From the IMG/VR virus record IMGVR_UViG_3300031578_000032, positions 1 through 59,581 of that record: a DNA stretch of 59,581 nt; one strand, given 5' to 3'. The notes beneath the pieces are model-generated. The model worked only from the letters and a program-made list of their open reading frames with translations. It was not told where the DNA came from and searched no databases. The DNA is from a virus (Duplodnaviria > Caudoviricetes). Each line of letters starts with the position of its first letter. Within the stretch, counting starts at the first letter, position 1. The position numbers and the translations under genes were made by a program. Of the stretch, positions 29,174 through 38,762 are shown one piece after another.

Positions 29174-29651
29174 AAGTTGCCCAGTGTAATGGTTGTGGGT
29201 ATTGTTGTATGAGCTCTCCATGTGATGTGTCACGTAGATTATATAAAAGCGCTGATATATGCCCACAACTACAATGGCATGAAGATAAAGCTAAATACTT
29301 TTGTGGTTTAATGTTTCTACCAGGAAATATAGGATTTGAATATAGAAAAGAGTTACATGCCGGAGCTGGATGCTGTAGTAATTTGAATAGTTGAGAAAGG
29401 ACATCAAAGAACGAAGTAGAGGAGCTTTATCATACCAACACCAAGCTATTCCTATTGTATTTCAAGTTTTCTTAAGAGCTTATGGTAGTGAACCTTTTCT
29501 ATCTAGAGATTTAACAGAAATAATATTATGTCGATTTCAGGATGGGTTAAAAGCAATTGACTATTCAGATGACGAAATTAAGCATATTATGGGAAACGTT
29601 AGTCATTATATAAATAGTAACAAATCGTCAATGTTTGATGGTTTTATATAA
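29170..29651 (+). pseudogene. Cys-cluster (YkgJ-like) gene probably split by a 1-nt deletion
   Basis: CNGCGYCC...CCSNLNS* continues as RKDIKER in a shifted frame; adding one G gives NSWRKD. Confidence 0.5.
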
Positions 29652-29664
29652 AGAAGATACAAGG

Positions 29665-29700
29665 TGGAGTTGGATTAACCTTTACATATAGGTTTTAAAA
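29665..29700 (+). repeat. 36-bp direct repeat, copy 2 (orphan GVGLTFTYRF* remnant)
   Basis: 33/36 identical to 27963-27998. Confidence 0.85.
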
Positions 29701-29710
29701 GGAGGATAAA

Positions 29711-29928
29711 ATGCCAGCATTCTATAAAACTGTTTTGTTTCCTATCAAAGTGTCAGAAGGCGACTATTGTTGGGGAAAAGGGTGTTGCTATCCTCAGTTT
29801 GATAATGAGAGTGACATGCTACTTGTCAATACAATATAGATTACAAAGGAAAGGGGTTTGGACTAAAATATGACAAAATTGGTCATGTCCCCAAACCTGA
29901 CTTCTGTAAAAACCTATTAGAAAAATAA
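29711..29928 (+). pseudogene. small frameshifted ORF
   Basis: AAGGAGG RBS, MPAFYK...FDNES, then a second frame HATCQYN...KPDFCKNLLEK*. Confidence 0.4.
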
Positions 29929-29951
29929 ATAAAAAGGAGAATTAATTGTAA

Positions 29952-31070
29952 TTGGCTGAATTAAAAGTTGAAGTTTGTAAAATTGATGATATTAGAGACC
30001 ATCCTAATGCAGACAAATTAGAACTTGCATACATTGGTGGAAAAAATGGATGGCAATCATGTGTAAGAATTGGGGAGTTTAAAGTGGGTCAAAAGGTGGT
30101 TTATATTCCAGTTGATTCTCTGCTCCCCATGGATGTCGAAAAAATCTTATTTGGGGAAGATTCTAAAATAACCCTAACAAAATCACGAGTTCGTTCTATT
30201 AAAATCAGAGGAGCTATCTCCCAAGGAATGATCGTATCATTAGAAGGTTTGGGTTTAAATCCTCATTTAAAAATAGGAACTGATATAGCAGAAAAATTAG
30301 GAATAGAAAAATATACACCCCCTGAAAAAGGACAACCTTCTCAAATGCAGGCAGTAAAACACCGTCATAAAAATCCCAACTTTAAAAAATATACTGAAAT
30401 TAATCATTTTAAATATTATTCAAATGCTCTAGATGATTTAGAAATAGTAGTAACTGAAAAAATACACGGAACAAATTTTAGGGCTGGATATGTTAAGTTT
30501 AATGCTTATAATCTATGGACTAAATTCCTTAGTTTTATTGGTAAGCTATTTAATAAATGGCAATATGAATTTGCATACGGAAGTCATAATATTCAACTAA
30601 CAAATAAAGGTAAGAAAAATAAAACCTTTTATGGAAAAAATGTCTATTATAAAATAGCTGAACAATATAACTTAAAAAATATACTTAAAGATAATGAAGT
30701 ACTTTATGCTGAAATATATGGGCATGGAATACAAAAAGGTTATACATATGGTTGTAAACAAGATGAACATAAAATGGCAGTTATAGATATAATGATTAAT
30801 GGCAAATATCTTAACCATGCAGATGCAGAATCATTTTGTATGGAAAGAGGATTGCCATATATGAAAGTTTTATATATTGGTAAATATAATTATGAAATTG
30901 TAAATAAATTAGCAAATTCTGAACATTCCTTTGTAGACCCAAAAACAAAACCCATAGAAGGAGTAGTTATAAAACCTGTTATAGAAACTAAAGGATATAT
31001 GGGAAGAATGATATTCAAATGGATTGGTGATAAATATTGGTTAAACAAAGGAAATAGTGATTGGAAATAA
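29952..31070 (+). CDS. RNA ligase (Rnl2/DRB0094 family, N-terminal OB fold)
   Basis: HPNADKLELA, IRGAISQG, TEKIHGTN, YAEIYG, EGVVIK. Confidence 0.92.
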   Translation: MAELKVEVCKIDDIRDHPNADKLELAYIGGKNGWQSCVRIGEFKVGQKVVYIPVDSLLPMDVEKILFGEDSKITLTKSRVRSIKIRGAISQGMIVSLEGLGLNPHLKIGTDIAEKLGIEKYTPPEKGQPSQMQAVKHRHKNPNFKKYTEINHFKYYSNALDDLEIVVTEKIHGTNFRAGYVKFNAYNLWTKFLSFIGKLFNKWQYEFAYGSHNIQLTNKGKKNKTFYGKNVYYKIAEQYNLKNILKDNEVLYAEIYGHGIQKGYTYGCKQDEHKMAVIDIMINGKYLNHADAESFCMERGLPYMKVLYIGKYNYEIVNKLANSEHSFVDPKTKPIEGVVIKPVIETKGYMGRMIFKWIGDKYWLNKGNSDWK

Positions 31071-31082
31071 AAGGAGTATGAT

Positions 31083-31376
31083 ATGACAATTATAGAGCTT
31101 ATTGAAACAGACAAGGGCTTATATGAATGTGATGATTGTAAAAGCACATTCACCGCAGAAGAAATTAAATTAGTTGATCCTGCTGATAATTTTAAAATAC
31201 TAACTCCAGGATTTCATTTTATGTGTGTAGAGAAAGATGGTACTATATGTGGTAAAGCAGACCCTAAAAAAGAGGATGGAGATAAGTTATTATCTTGTCC
31301 TAAATGTGGTTATATTCATTTTACTGGTTTTAATAAAAAAAGTAAGGAGACCATATGTTTAAAGTTTATCCAATAA
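31083..31376 (+). CDS. zinc-ribbon protein
   Basis: CDDC...CPKCG; AAGGAG RBS. Confidence 0.55.
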   Translation: MTIIELIETDKGLYECDDCKSTFTAEEIKLVDPADNFKILTPGFHFMCVEKDGTICGKADPKKEDGDKLLSCPKCGYIHFTGFNKKSKETICLKFIQ

Positions 31377-31588
31377 AAGAAGATGGTGAAACTCAATATT
31401 TTAAATTAAAAGAGACAATACAAGGAATTAACTTAGTGGCCTGTGATAATAATGGTTGTGTTCCATTGGGAGGTTATATTTTAAGTCTTTCTGAAGATGG
31501 TATTCGCTTATTCAGTGAGGTAAATTATAACCTGGGTATTCAACTAGATTCTGAAAAGCATGTTCTTATACAAAAAGAGGAGAGTTAA

Positions 31589-31960
31589 ATGAAAAAACAA
31601 ACGTACTTTGTGTTTGGTATTTTAATAGGTATTATTCTTATGATAACACTATTAATACAAACAGTAGAAGCAAAAGATTATAAATTTATACCAGCAGACA
31701 CTACTAATATAATGATTACTATTAATGAACTTAAAACTAATCCTAAATTAGAAATTGACATTTTTGGTTATGTTGAATCTTTTACTAAAGATAATGATAA
31801 TAAATTAATAGAGGAAGTATTAAAGATTCGAGAACGTTATTTGAAAGCCGAAATAGATGAAATTAGAATTACAATTGGTCTTGGTAATAAAGGCGGTTTG
31901 ATAGAAGAAAAATATAAGTTTGAAAAGGATGGAGTATATGTCAAACTTGGTTCAAAATAG
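31589..31960 (+). CDS. exported/membrane-anchored hypothetical protein
   Basis: N-terminal hydrophobic helix ending VEA. Confidence 0.55.
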   Translation: MKKQTYFVFGILIGIILMITLLIQTVEAKDYKFIPADTTNIMITINELKTNPKLEIDIFGYVESFTKDNDNKLIEEVLKIRERYLKAEIDEIRITIGLGNKGGLIEEKYKFEKDGVYVKLGSK

Positions 31961-32333
31961 ACCTTTTCGGTTTATACAACTGTATGTAAATAATAAATTT
32001 GAAAAAGATCTTTCATATATTAAGACCGATTTAAAAAAAGATGAAAAATTTGCTACGGATGTATATCGTGCATTATGTAATATGAGATGGAGAATGAAAT
32101 GGACTTCCTTTAAATACTCATGTTCATGGAGATATGCTGGAGGGTTGGTTGCAGATTTAAGAGAGCAGGGTGAAGATTATATAGATTTTTATTGCTCTGG
32201 TGATGAAGGAATCGTTGCACCAAACGTGAAAGAAATATTCTACAATCTTGGGTGGATTCCAAGTCCGTGGACTAAAGATAGAGCAATTAACCTCAGAGCT
32301 ATTTATGCATGTATTAAAAAATTGGTTTGGTAA
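31938..32333 (+). CDS. hypothetical phage protein
   Basis: YRALCN...SCSWRYAGGLVADLR...DYIDFYCSG..EG. Confidence 0.6.
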   Translation: MSNLVQNRPFRFIQLYVNNKFEKDLSYIKTDLKKDEKFATDVYRALCNMRWRMKWTSFKYSCSWRYAGGLVADLREQGEDYIDFYCSGDEGIVAPNVKEIFYNLGWIPSPWTKDRAINLRAIYACIKKLVW

Positions 32334-32357
32334 TAATAAAAAAAAGGAGAAATAGTT

Positions 32358-32561
32358 ATGTATACTACACTTAAACAAGAACACTATGAAGCTCTTCAAG
32401 AAACCATTCTAAGACAAATTGAAAAAATCAAGGAGCTTGAAAGATTGAAGGCAAATCTTCTTGATGAAAATCAATCTATGTCAAATGAATTAAAAAGGAT
32501 TGAGACTTGTGTTGTTACCAACCCTCAAGATCTGATTGATGAAGCTAACAAACAATTATGA
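32358..32561 (+). CDS. small coiled-coil protein
   Basis: 67 aa, AAGGAG RBS. Confidence 0.55.
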   Translation: MYTTLKQEHYEALQETILRQIEKIKELERLKANLLDENQSMSNELKRIETCVVTNPQDLIDEANKQL

Positions 32562-32570
32562 TATGAAAAT

Positions 32571-32611
32571 GGATGGGGCCTCAAAAGGGTTCCATCCCAT
32601 AATCTTTTTTT
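32571..32611 (+). terminator. probable intrinsic terminator
   Basis: GGATGGGGCCT-caaaa-GGGTTCCATCC followed by a T7 tract. Confidence 0.6.
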
Positions 32612-32632
32612 GTTCTATTATATAATCATTTA

Positions 32633-32647
32633 CTATATATATTAATA
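32633..32647 (+). promoter_or_regulatory. recurring motif B (copy 2)
   Basis: CTATATATATTAAT just after a terminator. Confidence 0.5.
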
Positions 32648-32656
32648 ACTAATATA

Positions 32657-32808
32657 GGGTATTGGCGATTGCTCTTTTATGATGGAAAGCGTTTTAAGGA
32701 ACGCGCCGATTACTTACTCCACTCCACGTTGTCGCCATTAGCAATATAGAAAACCATGCGGGGTATCCGGTGGATTGCTCTTACGGGATATGGAGTTTGT
32801 ATTTCGGT
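32657..32808 (+). ncRNA. candidate structured non-coding RNA or leader
   Basis: GC-elevated, no convincing ORF; possible helices TGGCGAT/GTCGCCA, GCGTT/AACGC, TATCC/GGATA, ACTCCA/TGGAGT. Confidence 0.35.
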
Positions 32809-32831
32809 ATTTTATAGAAAAGGAGACTAAA

Positions 32832-33056
32832 ATGAATTTGGTTAATGAAATTTTGGTTACGTTTATTATTATATTTGGTGTGGGATCATATTATCTTATT
32901 CCTTGTTTTGTATGTGCTTACGCTGCACAAAAAAAAGGTCTATCCACAATAGGATATTTATTATTTGCAATAATCTTTACACCAGTAATAGGTTTCTTGG
33001 CAGTGATTGCTATACCAAGTAAGAAAACACAAAAGTTAACTATTAGGAGAAAGTAA
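32832..33056 (+). CDS. small membrane protein
   Basis: Two hydrophobic segments; AAGGAG RBS before ATG 32832. Confidence 0.55.
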   Translation: MNLVNEILVTFIIIFGVGSYYLIPCFVCAYAAQKKGLSTIGYLLFAIIFTPVIGFLAVIAIPSKKTQKLTIRRK

Positions 33057-33092
33057 GTTTCATTTTGGTAACTTTATAGAAAGGAGAATAAT

Positions 33093-33371
33093 ATGGAAAT
33101 TTTACTATTCAAGGTTATTATATTTTGTTTTGTTATGGCAATGATCCTAATTGGAATTGATGGATGTGTTTTATTTATCCAATATATCAATAGGTTTGAT
33201 TCAACAATATCAACTATAACATACTCAGGAATTATCTTGATAATTATAGTTAGCATTGCTGCTAATCTAAAATATATGGGAGTTCCATTTATAGTAATAT
33301 ATTGTGTGGTAATGGCAAGTGTTGGGTATAGCACTAAAGTATTATCTTGGTTAAAAATTATAGGAGGATAA
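33093..33371 (+). CDS. small membrane protein
   Basis: Three hydrophobic segments; AAGGAG RBS. Confidence 0.55.
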   Translation: MEILLFKVIIFCFVMAMILIGIDGCVLFIQYINRFDSTISTITYSGIILIIIVSIAANLKYMGVPFIVIYCVVMASVGYSTKVLSWLKIIGG

Positions 33372-33373
33372 TT

Positions 33374-34339
33374 ATGTATGCACATAAAGTAACAAAACAA
33401 CTTGATAAGTATCTTCAACGAAATCGTATAGACGATGATATATACAGATCGGCTCTTGAAATATTATCTCCCGCAATAAAAAGAGCTCAAAAATTTCATC
33501 TTGGGGAACTTTCCACGTATAAAAATATTTTGAATAATATGAAAGGTGAACTATTCATGGGAGAAAATGGAATTAATGTTAAATGCCCATACCCTGAGAT
33601 GTGGATTGATTATAACATCAAAGAAGGAAATCCTCCAGTAGGAGATCAAGAACCAAGTAGTAAACGTGGGATTTATATTTGTGAAATATTTAAAGATACT
33701 CTCCTGTGTCATATTGTTTCATATGCAGACCAAGATAAAATTTGGTTGCCAGCTTTTGCTCAACATCTTTATTTAATTAATAATAAATTTGAAAACAGAC
33801 CTGATGTAATGGCCTTTTTAGATAATAAATGGTCTGGAGATGCAAAAAAAGAAATGTTAGAAACAATCAAAACTAATAATTATACTTTTATATCTATTTC
33901 ACATTTAATGAATCAAATGGCAAACGAAGGAGATAAAGGTCGAGATTCTGTGTTTGCACATTTAGATCAAGATAGAAATGAACTTGCTATAATAAACATG
34001 ACACTCAAACTATTATGTTGTAAAAATATTATAAGCGAAGATATACAACCCATAAAACTAGTCAAAAAAAAGAAACGTATTGTTTCAATGCCTGATAAAA
34101 GAAAGGCAACATTTAAAGTATTAAAACTTCTATTACCAAAAACTCGTAAGAAAAGAAAGGTAAATAAATCAACAAATGAGCATGTTCGTGTTCATTTCTG
34201 TCGAGGTCATTTCAAAACATACACTAAGGATGCTCCACTATTTGGAAAAATAATTGGAACATTCTGGTGGCAACCTAATGTTAGAGGGACTACATCTGAA
34301 GGTATATCCCTTAAAACATATGAACTAAAACCGGTATAA
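33374..34339 (+). CDS. hypothetical phage protein with C-terminal HxxRGH motif
   Basis: RVHFCRGHFKTY...FWWQPNVRG; AGGAGG RBS. Confidence 0.65.
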   Translation: MYAHKVTKQLDKYLQRNRIDDDIYRSALEILSPAIKRAQKFHLGELSTYKNILNNMKGELFMGENGINVKCPYPEMWIDYNIKEGNPPVGDQEPSSKRGIYICEIFKDTLLCHIVSYADQDKIWLPAFAQHLYLINNKFENRPDVMAFLDNKWSGDAKKEMLETIKTNNYTFISISHLMNQMANEGDKGRDSVFAHLDQDRNELAIINMTLKLLCCKNIISEDIQPIKLVKKKKRIVSMPDKRKATFKVLKLLLPKTRKKRKVNKSTNEHVRVHFCRGHFKTYTKDAPLFGKIIGTFWWQPNVRGTTSEGISLKTYELKPV

Positions 34340-34346
34340 TAACAGT

Positions 34347-34431
34347 TTGAGTAGGGGTGTCTATCTGTAGAGATCCTGGGATGTAACATTCCATCCTCGT
34401 AGATCAGGTAGTTGTTGCCACCCCTGCTCAA
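34347..34431 (+). ncRNA. 85-nt nested stem-loop (candidate structured RNA or leader)
   Basis: TTGAGTAGGGGTG/CACCCCTGCTCAA outer stem; CTATCTG/CAGGTAG, GATC/GATC, GGATG/CATCC inner stems. Confidence 0.5.
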
Positions 34432-34455
34432 TTCATTTAAAGGAGGAATATTAAA

Positions 34456-35472
34456 ATGGGTATAAATAAACAAAATGCAAATCTAGTATTAAATTACTTG
34501 ACAGAGGCCAATCTTAATTTTGAAAAAATTTTACCTTATGGGACAATTAAAAAGATGGCAACTTCATTATCTTTATCAACTTTAGCTGCCAAAACCGCAT
34601 TAAGAGATCTTCGAAAACAACATGGAATAAGTACAAGAGGTAAACCCAAAAGAAAGTTAATAAAAAAATATATCATTGAACAAAATTATGATCTGACAAA
34701 AAAACTACCTTTTGGAACTACTACAGCCATTGCAAATAAGTTGAACGTAAAGACTTATGATGTTACTAATGCGTTTGTTGCAATTCGCAAAGCTAGTCAT
34801 CTTGAAACGTTTTCAGGAAATCCAATAGTAGCAGACAAACAAAGTGGGTTTCCAAATATATTTACTGAGCACTGTATTGAAAACAACCTCACTCGAAAAA
34901 ATCCAAATTCTGAGTTGACTGCCTGCAACACAATTTCAAACTATCTCGTACGAAACATTCCCCACGGAGGAGACGGAATGATTATCGGGACACCAACTGC
35001 ATTTTGTGCATCTCTTAACACAAATAATAAGATGTTTTTTACCGATAACCTTAAAGTTGCACATGCTCTGGATATGACCACAGACACCCCACCTACTATA
35101 ATTATTGGTGCAGGGGTTGATCCAAAGAAGGCAGCAATAAAAGCACACCATTGGAAGATCAATAATACAACATTTCATTTCAAAGTCATAACAGATATTG
35201 TTGATCGTAATGCTCTAATTCATCATGTTACCAAGATGGCTGAGCAACATGATTTTTGTAAGGTCATAATCATGACTAGTGGTGTATGGTCTTGTTCATT
35301 AACTACACAAAGAAAATGGAAACTGGATTTGAATTTCAAAGCAGCTTCTGAATATCTTACTATGAAATATCCAAACCTTCATATTATTGCAATGACAACT
35401 GGGGATGGTGGAAGTTATCATTATCAAATCAAACATCTCAATAATGGTAAGGAAATCGTGGTTGCCCCATAG
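34456..35472 (+). CDS. hypothetical protein with two N-terminal HTH-like repeats
   Basis: LPYGTIKKMATSL...LRDLRK and LPFGTTTAIANKL...FVAIRK; AAGGAGG RBS. Confidence 0.55.
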   Translation: MGINKQNANLVLNYLTEANLNFEKILPYGTIKKMATSLSLSTLAAKTALRDLRKQHGISTRGKPKRKLIKKYIIEQNYDLTKKLPFGTTTAIANKLNVKTYDVTNAFVAIRKASHLETFSGNPIVADKQSGFPNIFTEHCIENNLTRKNPNSELTACNTISNYLVRNIPHGGDGMIIGTPTAFCASLNTNNKMFFTDNLKVAHALDMTTDTPPTIIIGAGVDPKKAAIKAHHWKINNTTFHFKVITDIVDRNALIHHVTKMAEQHDFCKVIIMTSGVWSCSLTTQRKWKLDLNFKAASEYLTMKYPNLHIIAMTTGDGGSYHYQIKHLNNGKEIVVAP

Positions 35473-35481
35473 AATGTTAAT

Positions 35482-35522
35482 AAAAATGAGTAGGGAAGAA
35501 GATTATCCCTGCTCATTTTTTT
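35482..35522 (+). terminator. intrinsic terminator
   Basis: AAAAATGAGTAGGG-N11-CCCTGCTCATTTTTTT. Confidence 0.75.
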
Positions 35523-35773
35523 ATAAGGAGGAATAAAATGCAAGCAGAAGATCTCAAAAAATTTTCAAGTGAATTTATTAAAAGTCTTGTTTCTAGCTAT
35601 GTTGAGTTCATATTAGAAAACTTTGACAGTTTTCTAGATTATAGCAATATTGTTAATGAAATGCCAAGAGAATCTCATGAATTCCAAAATCTTTCAAAAT
35701 ATCATTCACATGGTATGGAGAATAAAAAGTATGAAGAATTCTATCGAAAGGGTATAAAAGAGAAGGAGGAAAA

Positions 35774-36331
35774 ATGATAATATATAAAGACGCAATAACA
35801 AGCACAGCAAGGGGTGGACGTATATCTTTACAAATACCAGAACACGGCATTTTTGCTAGAAGAGAACTGTATGAAACTGAAGAAGTTCCTGATGAATGGC
35901 TTGTTAGGCTTCGTAGATATAAGTATCCTGCAATAGGTACAGAAGATGGGTATTTATTCTTAACAAGAACAGGATGGAATGCTAATAAAGATAAAATTGA
36001 AGAAGCTTTTAGTACCGCCAAATTTCAACGAGGAACTTGGCAAGAATTTTTACAACATGTTGAATATCATTTTAAGCGGGTTGAAAAAAGCACACTCCGA
36101 AGAATTAAATTTCTTGAATCAAAAGTTAATAAAATGAGAAATGTTATGCATGTTACTTTAAAGGATGAAAAAATATTAACAAAAACAGAACATATAAAAA
36201 AAATTGACAATTTATTTCATGGGTTATGGACAAAAGCAGTTGGTACAAAAGATTATGATAAAAAAGAATATCAAGACAAAAACTGCGAAAGAGACCAGAT
36301 GAACCTAAAGATATTCCTGAATGGATTTTAA
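35774..36331 (+). CDS. hypothetical protein
   Basis: 185 aa, AAGGAGG RBS; last gene of the plus-strand block. Confidence 0.55.
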   Translation: MIIYKDAITSTARGGRISLQIPEHGIFARRELYETEEVPDEWLVRLRRYKYPAIGTEDGYLFLTRTGWNANKDKIEEAFSTAKFQRGTWQEFLQHVEYHFKRVEKSTLRRIKFLESKVNKMRNVMHVTLKDEKILTKTEHIKKIDNLFHGLWTKAVGTKDYDKKEYQDKNCERDQMNLKIFLNGF

Positions 36332-36408
36332 GATTAAGTGAGGGGTATCATAGAATTTTTGGTTGTGGAAGCTTAAAGTTTGAACTTACAAAATAATCAA
36401 TTTAAACG

Positions 36409-36450
36409 AAAAATCCTCAACCATCCAACTAAGAATGATTGAGAATTTTT
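36409..36450 (-). terminator. terminator after the major capsid gene
   Basis: Minus-strand AATTCTCAATCATTC-loop-GGATGGTTGAGGATT followed by TTT, at the convergence of two blocks. Confidence 0.65.
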
Positions 36451-36470
36451 TTGTTCTATTAAATTACTTC

Positions 36471-37922
36471 TTATGCACCGATTGTCAAAGCAGCTATGCC
36501 ACTGGATCTGACAAGCGCAGTTGCGTACCGACTTAAGATTGTCAGACTTGGTGTATAACCAAGTGGATACGGATGTAAAACCGCTGGAACATAAGGTGAG
36601 TAAAAGTAAACAGCCTTTAATTCTTCCATTGGTTTGAAGACCATTAACATAGTACCTTGTGGAACTACAGCACTAGTTAGCACTCTCCATTTTCCACCAG
36701 CAACTGTCGCTGATCTGTAACCTAAGTCACCGTCAACTGAAGAAGTTCCAACATAATTAAATGTTTGTAGATCTTCAAGAATAGCAACATCAAGTGGATT
36801 AGCTAAAATAGTGTTTCCAGCATCAATGTTAGTATCTGTATAAATTGTACCAGACAATTCATTCAGTGGAACGATGATATTTTCATGCCAATACTTAGTT
36901 CCCCAAGTATACGTATCAGGCGGGGTTCTATTAAATGTCTTAGTATGTGTAGCACCATTTAATCTTGTATTAGCTGTAATCAGAGCATTAATTATCTCTC
37001 TGTCAATATCCAGAGCAACTTGCTGACCCAAAATATTTACGATTTCTGCTTGAATTGAAACATCAAATAGAGCTCTCATATCTTGCTCCATATTGACTGA
37101 CCAATTAGCAGAGATTTGACGATCTCTAGCATATAGACGAATTTTGTCTACACTTAAAGTAACAGAAGGATTGATTCTATTTTCTTCCAGAGATGTAGTG
37201 ACTTGATACTTAACATAAACTGCAACACCAGTTGTGTTAGAAATTGCAAGAGTACCGTTTAAGTAATCAACCATACCTGAAACAACGTCTGAATTTGCAC
37301 CTATTGTTATACTTGAACTAAAATGTCCTTCAACAGCTGGAACGATTGAAACGCTTGTCCATGCTGTACCATCTGTAGAAACAGCTGTAATCTCAAAGTC
37401 TCTTTCTAAATGAGCTTGAGCTGATGTTAAACTAGCAACAGCAAGAACATCTAGAGCACTTTGTGGAACAGATGTAGTAGCTGTAACCGGAGTACCAATT
37501 CCAACACCTTGAGAAATATCAGGTGTAGTAACAGGCGCATTATACTGTATTGAGCTGTTTGATGGAGAAAATGTAGCTTTAATAAATGCTTTTACACTTT
37601 CTGGTTTATCCATTGGTGAAACTGTAATTGCTTCTTTAGCAACCAGTTTAGGATAGAACACTCTTAAAATAGGCAGTGTTAAACTTTCATAAGGATTAAT
37701 CTGAAACATTGAATTTTCTAAAAGATTAATTCTTGTGTTTTCTGCCAGTTGTGTAAATGTTTTACGATCTTTTTTATCCTCGATTGATTCCGCTAACCCA
37801 GTAACGTATGCATTAAAAGCTGCGTCGTCGATAAGTACTGCTTTCATATTGCCAGGTTTTGAAGGATCAATTCCGGATAACTTTTTAGTAGTCCGATAGA
37901 CTTCTGTTAGTAATTCTTTCAT
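36471..37922 (-). CDS. major capsid protein (T4 gp23-like)
   Basis: LPILRVFYPKLVAKEAITVSPM, ARDRQISANWSVNMEQD, VALDIDREII, YFYSPYVP, LSRYA; GGAGG RBS. Confidence 0.9.
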   Translation of the reverse strand: MKELLTEVYRTTKKLSGIDPSKPGNMKAVLIDDAAFNAYVTGLAESIEDKKDRKTFTQLAENTRINLLENSMFQINPYESLTLPILRVFYPKLVAKEAITVSPMDKPESVKAFIKATFSPSNSSIQYNAPVTTPDISQGVGIGTPVTATTSVPQSALDVLAVASLTSAQAHLERDFEITAVSTDGTAWTSVSIVPAVEGHFSSSITIGANSDVVSGMVDYLNGTLAISNTTGVAVYVKYQVTTSLEENRINPSVTLSVDKIRLYARDRQISANWSVNMEQDMRALFDVSIQAEIVNILGQQVALDIDREIINALITANTRLNGATHTKTFNRTPPDTYTWGTKYWHENIIVPLNELSGTIYTDTNIDAGNTILANPLDVAILEDLQTFNYVGTSSVDGDLGYRSATVAGGKWRVLTSAVVPQGTMLMVFKPMEELKAVYFYSPYVPAVLHPYPLGYTPSLTILSRYATALVRSSGIAALTIGA

Positions 37923-37970
37923 TAATTTGTTACCTCCATAATTATGATTTATAATAAGAATTTACTCATA

Positions 37971-37988
37971 TTTTAATTATGTTCTAAA
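37971..37988 (-). promoter_or_regulatory. motif A upstream of the major capsid gene
   Basis: TAGAACATAATTAAAA. Confidence 0.6.
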
Positions 37989-38061
37989 CTTATATAAAGG
38001 TTAGTTTTATGCCTATCGGGAGGGGTGGGGTGGTTTGTTTCTCAAATTATTTAGAAACAAA

Positions 38062-38475
38062 CTATCTGGAAAATCGTTTTCCTATAATCTTGAGGGTGTT
38101 TGCTAAGTGATAATCAAGTTTTTCTTCTGTAAGCGTATCAATAATTTTTAATAGAATTACCATCTCATGTTTTAAATTACCATCATGAATTAATCCAGAA
38201 GATACTAACTTATTAATTCTATCTAGTAATTTAGATTCTTTTTGTTTTTTCTTATAATCTTTGATACCTTGTTCAAGTTGTCTTTTCGATTCTAATACCT
38301 GAACTTGTTTACTTTCTAATACTTTTTCTAATTTATTAACCTGTTCCACTTTGGTACTAAAAATTTCATCAAATAAAGGGTAAATATTTCTTATAATATT
38401 ATCAGCTAAAACAACTTTTGATTGGTTAATATTTTCTTCATGAACATCAGGGATTTTAGTTTCAATTATATTCAT
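38062..38475 (-). CDS. coiled-coil hypothetical protein (head module)
   Basis: 137 aa between protease and MCP. Confidence 0.6.
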   Translation of the reverse strand: MNIIETKIPDVHEENINQSKVVLADNIIRNIYPLFDEIFSTKVEQVNKLEKVLESKQVQVLESKRQLEQGIKDYKKKQKESKLLDRINKLVSSGLIHDGNLKHEMVILLKIIDTLTEEKLDYHLANTLKIIGKRFSR

Positions 38476-38762
38476 AGTTCACTCCCCAAACTTTCTAGTA
38501 TTTTTTCTCTTAATTTTACATTTGAATTATTTATTAATTCAAATTTTGTATCTAAATTTTTTTGAAGTTTTTCACCTTGTTTAACTAAATAATTTTTCTT
38601 TTCAATTTTTTTGTTTAAATTTTCAATAACATATTCCACAGATTCTAGTTTATCTTTTAATGGAAAATTAGGATCTGTTTTGCAAATAGCAAATATTCTT
38701 TCAAGAACTTGTGGCAACATTTCTTTTGATGTTTGCCTTCTTTCTATTTTTTCAATTCTCAT
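38472..38762 (-). CDS. hypothetical protein (head module)
   Basis: 96 aa, ATGA overlaps on both sides. Confidence 0.55.
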   Translation of the reverse strand: MRIEKIERRQTSKEMLPQVLERIFAICKTDPNFPLKDKLESVEYVIENLNKKIEKKNYLVKQGEKLQKNLDTKFELINNSNVKLREKILESLGSEL

